From NCBI GenBank assembly GCA_963770935.1, contig CAVYRJ010000004.1:101745-165744 (forward strand): a DNA stretch of 64,000 bases, in the 5' to 3' direction. The translations under genes were made by a program, and so were the position numbers. This stretch comes from Candidatus Bathyarchaeota archaeon. GTDB taxonomy: Archaea > Thermoproteota > Bathyarchaeia > Bathyarchaeales > Bathycorpusculaceae. Shown here piece after piece: positions 55,708-63,657 of this stretch (its first letter is position 1; every line of letters starts with the position of its first letter). Under the pieces are notes generated by a model. That model made no database searches. It had not been told where the DNA came from and saw nothing but the letters and a program-made list of their open reading frames with translations.

Positions 55708-55798
55708 CTGTTTCTGGTTTGGCGCCGGTTCAAGTTGTCTCTATGGTTAGATGCAATAATCATTAAATAGGAAACAAGCCAATAGAGTTTGAGAAGAC

Positions 55799-55993
55799 AT
55801 GACAATTGAAGTTGAGCTAAAGGAAATAAAAAGTCTGCTCTCAGAGTTAAAACAGAAAATGGATGTTCTGCTTGAAGAAAAAGAAACTTCAACAATGATG
55901 GGCCTATCCGACAAATCGCTTAAGGACTTCTTTGCAAAAGAACCTGACATTTACACAATTAAAGATATAAAAGCCAAGGTTAACTGCGTTTGA
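55799..55993 (+). CDS. Putative antitoxin of the MazF/PemK pair
   Basis: 64 aa, overlaps the toxin start (TTGA). Confidence 0.75.
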   Translation: MTIEVELKEIKSLLSELKQKMDVLLEEKETSTMMGLSDKSLKDFFAKEPDIYTIKDIKAKVNCV

Positions 55994-56316
55994 AGGGAAA
56001 AATAGTCCTTATACCTTTTCCGTTCACAGACCTAACAGCAACCAAACTAAGGCCTGCACTTGTTCTTTATGAAGGAGAAAAAGATGTCGTAGTAGCCTTC
56101 ATTTCCTCCAGAACGGACAAACCAAAACCCGTCGACATCGCCATCAACGAAAAAAACGCAGAATTCAAACAAACAGGACTCAAACTAACCTCAACCATAA
56201 AACTCGACAAGGTCGCAACAATATCAAAAGATCTCATTATAGGCGAAATCGGTGAAATAGGACCTAAACTCAAAAAAGAAGTAAACCGCAAAATCACGGA
56301 AATCTACAATTTGTAA
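55990..56316 (+). CDS. MazF/PemK-family toxin
   Basis: GKIVLIPFPFTD..KLRPALV, TGL..S.IKLDK. Confidence 0.9.
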   Translation: MKGKIVLIPFPFTDLTATKLRPALVLYEGEKDVVVAFISSRTDKPKPVDIAINEKNAEFKQTGLKLTSTIKLDKVATISKDLIIGEIGEIGPKLKKEVNRKITEIYNL

Positions 56317-56451
56317 GGTACGCTTTTTCTTTTGAGACAAAGCCTTCAAATCGTTTTAAGATTAGATTTCCTTTTTTCTGGATGCTTGGAAAGTTTAAAG
56401 ATTTCCGGATTGTATTTGTTGCATAAGAATTAAGGGCGATTTGCATTAACT

Positions 56452-56652
56452 GTGACAGTTAACAACGCTGAAGTAAAGTTGGTTCTTGAAAAATTAGGCA
56501 GTGTCCAACTTGAACTTTTGAGGCTTAGAGCATTGCTTCTACCTGAAGAAGAGTTATCTGGGGAAGAAAAAGAGAGACTTGATGTAGCTCGAAAAGAAAC
56601 TGCAAAAGGCCAAAAAATAAGCCTTGATGTCTTACTTAAAGAACGGTGTTGA
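56452..56652 (+). CDS. Orphan antitoxin, paralog of 60225-60431
   Basis: Protein and about 75 bp of upstream DNA match 60150-60431; no RelE follows. Confidence 0.75.
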   Translation: MTVNNAEVKLVLEKLGSVQLELLRLRALLLPEEELSGEEKERLDVARKETAKGQKISLDVLLKERC

Positions 56653-56956
56653 CTTAATTCCTTCAAGGGTTAAGCGGATTAATTTCCTCGTGGATTCGGC
56701 TCAAGCGAAGTTGCTTTAAGAGTATCTCTCATGCAAAACCTGGGTTAGTTAACTATGACCGAAGGAAATAGCGATAGAAGAGAGGGAAATTCGCAAGGAA
56801 TTTTGCGATGGTATAAGAGTTTTTATCAAGACAACGACTACGCAAAAAACCTTGACCAAACAGTTATCAGAATGCGTGAGCTGGAACTTTGCTGATGGCT
56901 TGTTTGGGGCTTGGGTTTTGAAGGTTTAAATTTTATGTTTAATAATTGTTTATGTT

Positions 56957-57226
56957 GTGTTTGATGTGTCTTTATCCAGTGTTGTCGATGAGTTTCCTTT
57001 GTTTAGGGAAAGGGAGTCGAAAGAGCGTTTTTTGTTGGTTTTGGGTCTTCTTGCTTCTCGAACTGTTACTTTAGGTAAGGCCGCTGAGGTTTTAGGTATG
57101 TCTCATGTAGAGTTTTCGGCGGTGCTTAGGAGTATAGGTTTTAAGTTTAGTTATTTGGATGATGAAGAGTTGACCAAAGAAGTGGTTGCAGGCAAAGATT
57201 TGTTGAAGAAGAAGCGGTGTAGTTGA
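56957..57226 (+). CDS. UPF0175-family antitoxin-like HTH protein (orphan)
   Basis: VTLGKAAEVLGMS..EF...L motif. Confidence 0.8.
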   Translation: MFDVSLSSVVDEFPLFRERESKERFLLVLGLLASRTVTLGKAAEVLGMSHVEFSAVLRSIGFKFSYLDDEELTKEVVAGKDLLKKKRCS

Positions 57227-57415
57227 AGGCTGCGTTGGGGAAATTCGTTGGGAATAGCACTTCCGAAAGCACTAGTTGACCAAGAAGGGCTCAAAGAAGG
57301 CGAAGAAGTAGAGGTAACTGTGAGAAAAACATCTGATATAAGTTGCCTAAGAGGCAAATATCTGTTCAAAAACTTGCAGCATGAGAAAGACGAAATGAAA
57401 CACGGTTGGCAATGA
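57227..57415 (+). pseudogene. 5'-truncated AbrB/MazE antitoxin
   Basis: Own translation RLRWGNSLGIALPKALVDQEGLKEGEEVEVTVRK...GWQ*; WGNS motif, no start codon. Confidence 0.7.
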
Positions 57416-57495
57416 TTTGATCGTTGAAGCTTTGTCTTGGTTTTATCACTATTTTTATATCTGCCTATTCATCTTAACATGTTGGCGAATAATTT

Positions 57496-57720
57496 ATGCG
57501 TGATTTCGATGTAGTTCTTTTGGAAGATGAAACTGGAGGTTACGTGGCTATAGTGCCTGCTTTGCCTGGATGTCATACGCAGGGTGACACGTTGGCTAGT
57601 GTTTTGGAAAACGCTAAAGAAGCCATAGATCTTTATTTGGAAACCTTGACTGCTTCGGAAAAGAAAGATTTGTTGAAGGGAAAAGTTGTGGGCATACAAA
57701 AAGTGAAAGTTCTTGCCTAA
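57496..57720 (+). CDS. hicB: HicB-family antitoxin
   Basis: GGYVAIVPALPGCHTQGDT...NAKEAI. Confidence 0.92.
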   Translation: MRDFDVVLLEDETGGYVAIVPALPGCHTQGDTLASVLENAKEAIDLYLETLTASEKKDLLKGKVVGIQKVKVLA

Positions 57721-57946
57721 AATTCCGCCTGTTGATTCTAATCAATTAATTAAAATATTGAGTCATAAAGGTTTTAATGTTATCCGTCAAAAAGGTTCAC
57801 ATGTTATTCTGATAGATAACGCGAAAAGTCGAATAGTTATACCTATACATCCAGGAAAAGACCTCAAGCCAGGATTAGTTAGGGCAATACTTAGAGAAGC
57901 TGGAATAAGTCGAGAAGAATTCCTCAAGCTATTGAAAGAAAAATAG
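57713..57946 (+). CDS. hicA: HicA-family toxin
   Basis: GF...RQKGSH, IPIHPGKDL.PG...IL..AG. Confidence 0.92.
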   Translation: MPKIPPVDSNQLIKILSHKGFNVIRQKGSHVILIDNAKSRIVIPIHPGKDLKPGLVRAILREAGISREEFLKLLKEK

Positions 57947-58356
57947 ACTATAAAGTTATTTTAGAAACATTTGTACTTACTGTGGTTTTCATAAAAAGTT
58001 TGCTCGAGGGTACTTATTGATGAAGCTTGGATTACAAACTTGTCTTTGTGGCAGCTGCTTTAATTGGCTGATTAACTATTGCTTCTCCAGCCTCCGCTGG
58101 TGCCATTTATAGATAACATCCTACAAATAAGCGATGTAACCTTAAGGCAGAAAAACCTGCATGTGAAGACGCGTAATCTCAGAAGCTACGTATTAAGCAA
58201 GGTTTAGTTTATTTGTGTTTGTTCTTCTTGAGAAATTATGATGGTTTTAAGTGGGAGTCTTATGGGTGGCTCTGAGTTTGGTTTTTGTCGTTTTTTGGCT
58301 TTTTTGGCAATAAACTTATATTTGTTATTTATGTGATGGTTTGTCGGTGGTTTGGG

Positions 58357-58608
58357 TTGTCTGTTGAGGTTGGCAAGTATGGCCGCATCGTTTTACCTAA
58401 GCGGTTGCGTCAAAAATATAGTATGCATGAAGGCATCAGACTAATTATTACAGAGTATATGGGGCGAATCTGTCTAATCCCTGTTGAAACCTACAAAAAA
58501 CCTGCCGAAGCATTATACGGCTCCATAAGCCCCCGCTCCCCTATCGATGAGCCAAAACAGTTAGCAAGAGAATACATACGGAAAAAACTCGTTGAGGACT
58601 ATCAGTGA
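58357..58608 (+). CDS. AbrB-type VapB antitoxin
   Basis: VGKYGRIVLPKRLR; TTG start 58357; GTGA overlap with the toxin. Confidence 0.82.
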   Translation: MSVEVGKYGRIVLPKRLRQKYSMHEGIRLIITEYMGRICLIPVETYKKPAEALYGSISPRSPIDEPKQLAREYIRKKLVEDYQ

Positions 58609-59006
58609 AGCGCTTCGTAGATACGAATGTGTTCATCTACACCATTATTGCGCATCCGCGTTTTGGGAAAATAGCAAAGCAAATTCTTGAGCGTATTGAA
58701 GAAGGCGAAGATGCCCTAACTTCCACAGTAGTGTTGTGCGAAGTAGCTTGGGTGCTGGAAGCTATGGGCAGGCAAGGAGACATTAGGTCTACACTTGAAA
58801 AGATAATGTCTTTTCGAACTCTTGAGGTTGTGGATTTCAATGAGGATGATTTACTCATAGGCGCCAACAACATGTCTACGGAGCAAGTTGACTTCAATGA
58901 CGGAGTCAACCTTGCTTTGATTATGCGCCTTGGTATATCAGAAGTATACTCAAACGACCAGAAACACCTAGGCAAACTTGACTTCTTGAAATTGATATTC
59001 GAGTAA
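58605..59006 (+). CDS. PIN-domain VapC toxin
   Basis: FVDTNVF, E, DFND, YSND acidic residues. Confidence 0.9.
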   Translation: MKRFVDTNVFIYTIIAHPRFGKIAKQILERIEEGEDALTSTVVLCEVAWVLEAMGRQGDIRSTLEKIMSFRTLEVVDFNEDDLLIGANNMSTEQVDFNDGVNLALIMRLGISEVYSNDQKHLGKLDFLKLIFE

Positions 59007-59353
59007 TTGTGGCATAGATACAGATTAATATCCTTAAAATAAACAAAATAACTTTAAAGGCAGAAAAATCCGTATGAAGACGCATAATGTCTGAAGCAAC
59101 GTACTGACTTTTGCTTGCGTGATTTGTGGGTAGGTGGTTGTTGACCTTGGTAAAGCGTATATTTCCCTTGGTTGAAGAAAAAGTCAAGCAAGTTGAGCTT
59201 ATGAAAACAATAAAGCAGATGGAGTCAAGAGCCGAAAAAAGAATCACAACGGCCGACTCAAATCTTCTAGTAAGAGAGGATCGAGAACGATAAAAGTAAT
59301 ACTTGACTCTAACATATTAGTACTTTTATTAGGTACTACTTTATGATATTACT

Positions 59354-59596
59354 GTGGTTTTAAAGTTGGAAAGTGAAGTTGTAGTAACAAGGAAGGGGCA
59401 AACGACAATTCCAGTTAAACTTCGGCTAAAATACAAGATTGAAGAAGGAACAAAACTTCAAGTCGTAGATACAAATAACGGCATTCTTTTCAAACCGAAA
59501 TTATCAACAATGGATCTTGCAGGTTCAGGCGCCAAATACGCGTCAGTCGAGGAAATGAAAAAGCTCCTTGACAAGTTAAGGGATGAAGATGTCTAA
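59354..59596 (+). CDS. AbrB-type VapB antitoxin
   Basis: VTRKGQTTIP..LR.KY.I.EG. Confidence 0.88.
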   Translation: MVLKLESEVVVTRKGQTTIPVKLRLKYKIEEGTKLQVVDTNNGILFKPKLSTMDLAGSGAKYASVEEMKKLLDKLRDEDV

Positions 59597-59975
59597 AGCA
59601 GTTTATGACACTAGATTTTTTGTGGAAAATTATTACTCGCCAGACCCAATAATTATAGAAAAACTAAAAGAATCTTTGAGAAAAACCAAAGAACGATATA
59701 TTTCTGCTATAGTGATTCATGAAGTGTATCAGCTAACTCTAAGAAAAGAAGGCCGAGAAACTGCAATACTCCGTACAACACTTCTAGAGCAAGATTTTCG
59801 AGTTGTAAATGTTGATGCTGATATAGCAAAATTATCGGCTGAAATTAGACTAAACCATAAAATGTCGATGGCAGACAGCATAATAGCGGCCACAGCGATA
59901 TCGCTAAAAGCAATATGTATCTCGGATGACTTACATTTTAAGGCTGTTAGTGAAATTAAAACTCAATGGATTTAG
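59589..59975 (+). CDS. PIN-domain VapC toxin
   Basis: VYDT, HEV, MADSIIAATA, SDD.HF. Confidence 0.9.
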   Translation: MSKAVYDTRFFVENYYSPDPIIIEKLKESLRKTKERYISAIVIHEVYQLTLRKEGRETAILRTTLLEQDFRVVNVDADIAKLSAEIRLNHKMSMADSIIAATAISLKAICISDDLHFKAVSEIKTQWI

Positions 59976-60224
59976 CCAAAACTAGAAAATTTATAGATTT
60001 CTGGATTGTTGGTGCTATTCACAGATCAACATCCTAAAAATAAAACCATGTAACCTTAAAGGCAAAATCCCGCATGTGGGAGACGCGTAATGTCAGAAGC
60101 TACGGTCTAAGCAAGGTTTAGTTCGCAAGTTTGATAGGTTAATTTGCCAATTTTTTGGATGTTTGGAGAAACTTTAAAGATTTCAATATTGTATTTGTTG
60201 TATAAGAATTAAGGGTGATTTGCA

Positions 60225-60431
60225 TTGACTGTGACAGTTGACAACGCTGAAGTGAAGTTGGTTCTTGAAAAACTAGACAGTGTCCAGCTTGAACTTTTGA
60301 GGCTTAGAGCATTACTTCTACCTGAAGAAGAGGTATCGGAAGAAGAAAAAAAGAAACTTGATTTTGCTCGAAAAGAAATTGCAGAAGGCCAAAAAATAAG
60401 CCTTGACGCCTTACTTAAAGAACTGTGTTGA
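60225..60431 (+). CDS. Antitoxin of the RelE pair
   Basis: 68-aa acidic ORF 7 bp upstream of RelE. Confidence 0.8.
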   Translation: MTVTVDNAEVKLVLEKLDSVQLELLRLRALLLPEEEVSEEEKKKLDFARKEIAEGQKISLDALLKELC

Positions 60432-60438
60432 TTAGGGC

Positions 60439-60702
60439 TTGTTTGAGATTTTTCTATCGCAGAAAGCGAGAAAAGCCATAAAAAAGCTCCCTGAGCATTA
60501 TAGACGAAAAGTCATCGAGCTTCTCCTGATTTTGCGTGAAAATCCTGTTCCAGCGGAATACTACGATATAAAGAAACTTAAAGGCTGCACCGACACATAC
60601 AGAGCAAGAATCGGGGATATACGAGTAGTTTATGAAATCGTCTGGAATCAACGAATTGTCAATGTGCTGTTAATTGAACCAAGAGAAACAGCCTACTCTT
60701 GA
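60439..60702 (+). CDS. RelE/ParE-family toxin
   Basis: A.K.IKKLP, KKLKG, YRARIGDIRVVY. Confidence 0.92.
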   Translation: MFEIFLSQKARKAIKKLPEHYRRKVIELLLILRENPVPAEYYDIKKLKGCTDTYRARIGDIRVVYEIVWNQRIVNVLLIEPRETAYS

Positions 60703-60986
60703 AATCTAATGAAAACTTGCTTATTGCTTCTCCAGCCTTTGCTGAAGCTATTCACAGATAAACATCCTACAAATAACGGATGTAACCTTAAGGCAGAAAA
60801 ATCTGCTGTGGAGACGTGTAATGTCAGAAGCTGCGGTCTAAGCAGAGGTTTAGTTTGCTAGTATTTGTTGTTCTTGGGGAATCATGGTGAATTCGACTTT
60901 ATCTTGTTTTTTTGGTGTTGTCTTTTGCGTTATCGATCATTTAGTATAAATATGGGTTATACTTAGGTATAACTTGGGGTAAGACT

Positions 60987-61232
60987 TTGATTGACCAGGA
61001 AATGAAAGTTGGTCCAAAAGGCCAAGTAGTCATACCGCGAACGATGCGAAAAGCGCTCAAAATAGAACCAGGATCCAAAGTATTATTCACACTACAAGAC
61101 GACAAATTAACCCTGCAAAAACCCTGTTTTGATGGGGTAGCTGCTTTCAAAAAAATAGCCGAGCAAATAAAGTCAAATGAGAAAATAAATCCTCACGAAT
61201 ACGAAGAAGAACTTGAACAGAGAAATCCCTAA
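60987..61232 (+). CDS. AbrB-type VapB antitoxin
   Basis: VGPKGQVVIP..RKAL.I.PG; TAATG overlap with the toxin. Confidence 0.88.
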   Translation: MIDQEMKVGPKGQVVIPRTMRKALKIEPGSKVLFTLQDDKLTLQKPCFDGVAAFKKIAEQIKSNEKINPHEYEEELEQRNP

Positions 61233-61627
61233 TGCTTTACCTTGACGCAAACGTTTTCATCTACGCAGCCATAAACACCCAAGAAATTGGCGAAAAAGCA
61301 AGGACTTTGCTCTTAAAAATCCAGCAAGGAGACCAAAAAGCAGCTACCTCAGCATTAACGTTTGACGAAGTATTTTGGTCAATAAAGAAACGTAAACCAG
61401 AACTCGCCTCAGAAACATCTTACGCCCTCTTAAACTTCCCCAATCTTGAAATCATACCCGCTGACAGAAAATTGGCCTTGTCGGCTTTAAAATTAATCAA
61501 TGAATACAATTTAGCGCCAAGAGACGCCCTCCATGCCGCTACAGCGATAGCTTCAAAAGCAGATTTTGTAGTCTCAACGGACGCTCATTTTGACAAGATC
61601 AAAGAGTTAACACGTCAGTCAATCTAA
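61232..61627 (+). CDS. PIN-domain VapC toxin
   Basis: YLDANVF, DEV, PRDALHAATA, STD.HFD. Confidence 0.92.
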   Translation: MLYLDANVFIYAAINTQEIGEKARTLLLKIQQGDQKAATSALTFDEVFWSIKKRKPELASETSYALLNFPNLEIIPADRKLALSALKLINEYNLAPRDALHAATAIASKADFVVSTDAHFDKIKELTRQSI

Positions 61628-61663
61628 AACGCATAATGTCTGAAGCTACGGTCTAGGCAAAGT

Positions 61664-61891
61664 TTAGTTCGCAAGTATTTGTTGTTCTTGAGGAATCATG
61701 CCCAATTCGACTCCGTCATGTTGCTGTGTTGGTGTTTTGTTGGTTGGTTTTTGGGGTTGTTTTGTGTTTTGATGCCATGCTTGTCCTATACAGTAAAGGC
61801 TCCAGCCGGCTATGAAGATTAATGGCAATATAGGTGCTAAAAGGAGAACTGTGAGTTTGCTGCGTTTTTTTCTACTGGTTGATTTTGTCAA
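61664..61891 (-). CDS. Small single-TM hypothetical protein whose 3' end forms the repeat right arm
   Basis: RKKRSKL + TM + Q/K/P/T tail ending IPQEQQILAN*. Confidence 0.7.
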   Translation of the reverse strand: MTKSTSRKKRSKLTVLLLAPILPLIFIAGWSLYCIGQAWHQNTKQPQKPTNKTPTQQHDGVELGMIPQEQQILAN

Positions 61892-62313
61892 ATCAATGCC
61901 TGCTCCAATCTTGCAACTTAATTTTTAACATATAACCTTTATGAATTGTCAATACACATAATGCAATCGTCGAACACCTGAACAGAAAAACAAATGACGA
62001 ACACCGCTCTAATTTTTAAGCGCATAATGTCAGAGGCAAACATTCTTAGAGTAAGTTTTTGATAATAAATTATCTATAGAAACTTGAGCTTTTGGTTTAG
62101 ATATATTACGGTTTTTTGAATACACATTATAAGCTTTGTTAAGACTTGCAAGTTGAGAATAAAAGAAGAAGAGACAGAGGTTTCAAGTTGACTTTGCCAC
62201 AGGGAAAAAACCAGGTTGTCTTGCTTCTTATTTTTAATTGTTGTGTTTGGTCTAAACTGTTTCACGATTCTACTTGCTTAAAAAAAGGAATAACTCTTGT
62301 AAGGTGTTGAAAC

Positions 62314-62958
62314 TTGGTTTTGAAATCTAGTAAAATTCTCGCCATTGGGGCACACCCTGATGATATTGAACTAGGTTGTGGTGGTACTGTTAGCGCTGCT
62401 TGTGCGGCAGGTGCAAATGTTGTCGCGGTCTTTTTAACCAAAGGCGAGCAAAGTGGAAACCCTGACTCTAGACGCCAAGAAAGCGTGGATGCTTTGAATC
62501 TTCTTGGGGTAACGAACATATATTTTGGGGATTTTTCAGATGCTGATATTCCGAATTCTCGCCAAGTAATCGATTTTCTAGAATCTTTCTGCAAGAACGG
62601 AGAAATCGAAACAGTCTTAACGCACACAATAAACGATTCACATCAAGACCACCGACAAGTAGGCTGGCTTTCATTGTCCGCGTTTAGAAATGTTCCGCGA
62701 ATATTAGCATATGAAACCCCAAGGGTAACACCAAACTTCTCGCCAACCTACTTTGTTGACATATCTAACTTCGTAGAAGGAAAATGGGCAGCATTAAAAT
62801 GCCACCTGTCGCAAAAAACAAAAAGATATCTTGCTTACGAGTCGATGATTAATTTGGCCTCATTTAGAGGTAGCCAAGTTAATGTTCGTGCAGCTGAAGC
62901 CTTTGAAGTGATACGATATTTGGAAAAAAACCAAATCGTTCCACATGTGATTAAATAA
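62314..62958 (+). CDS. PIG-L/LmbE-family deacetylase
   Basis: AHPDDIELGCGG, HQDH, H.SQ, AEAF. Confidence 0.92.
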   Translation: MVLKSSKILAIGAHPDDIELGCGGTVSAACAAGANVVAVFLTKGEQSGNPDSRRQESVDALNLLGVTNIYFGDFSDADIPNSRQVIDFLESFCKNGEIETVLTHTINDSHQDHRQVGWLSLSAFRNVPRILAYETPRVTPNFSPTYFVDISNFVEGKWAALKCHLSQKTKRYLAYESMINLASFRGSQVNVRAAEAFEVIRYLEKNQIVPHVIK

Positions 62959-62959
62959 T

Positions 62960-63633
62960 ATGATTGTGGCTGGGCATCAACCTAATTATTTGCCTTGGTT
63001 AGGTTTTTTTGACAAAATTCGTCGTTGTGACCTCTTTATTATTGAAGATAATGTTCAGTATGAGCAGCAGGGTTTTACGAATAGGAACAGGATAAAGACG
63101 CCTGATGGTGCTAAATGGTTGACGGTGCCTATTGAGCATGTTGGGGGTCGTATGTTGATTAATGAGGTAAAGATTTCTAAGAAAGCTGAACCTGATTGGG
63201 CTAAACGCCATTGGCATAGCTTAAAGCACCATTATAGTAGAGCTCCGTTTTGGAAAGCGTATTGTGGTTTTTTCGAGCAAACTTACGCCAAAGAATGGAC
63301 CATGCTCTTTGATCTTAATTTATATTTGATAAGAGGCATTATGCGTATTTTTAACATCGAGACGCCTCTTATATGGCATCTTCTTTGGGTGTTTTTGAGG
63401 GAAAAAGCGAAGCAGTTCTTGCTAAAAGCAAAAAAGTTGGAGCTGATACGCTTCTCTGTGGGAGGGGAGCGAAGGAATGTATTGATCTGAAGAGGTTTGA
63501 AGATGAAGGAATCAAAGTGGTCTTTCAAGATTTTCACTATCCAAAGTACCCGCAGCTTTACGGCGGGTTCGTAGATGAACTTTCGGTTGTCGACTATTTA
63601 TTTTGTAATGGAAATCAATTTACCGTAAACTAA
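62960..63633 (+). CDS. WbqC-family protein; apparent frameshift near 63370
   Basis: HQPNYLPWLGFF, NRNRIK, WLTVP; tail YPQLYGGF...LSVVD in the next frame. Confidence 0.85.
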
Positions 63634-63657
63634 TTCCTGACCTTGGAGGTTTTCTTT

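Larger units (their letters stand above)
53868..62039 (+). repeat. Dispersed direct repeat, 21-bp core CGCRTAATGTCWGAAGCWACG, 8 copies (53868, 54818, 58170, 59081, 60084, 60815, 61630, 62021 partial) with shared flanking arms
   Basis: Each copy located by eye in the sequence; few mismatches to the consensus. Confidence 0.9.

Noticed and set aside
56755-56897. Short ORF between orphan antitoxins as a toxin remnant
   Set aside because: No motif I can assign with confidence
58130-60856. Canonical integron attC sites
   Set aside because: AAC...GTT ends match RYYYAAC/GTTRRRY only with mismatches, I could not pair L boxes by eye, and no intI is present; kept only as a weak hint
53868-62039. CRISPR array interpretation of the 21-bp repeat
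   Set aside because: Spacings are hundreds to thousands of bp and contain whole genes; no cas genes
44877-62050. Integrated element at tRNA-Gln covering the accessory region
   Set aside because: No duplicated tRNA 3' end found downstream and no integrase, replication or viral genes
5352-63537. Numerous short antisense or nested ORFs in the track
   Set aside because: They overlap well-supported genes on the opposite strand or frame and lack motifs
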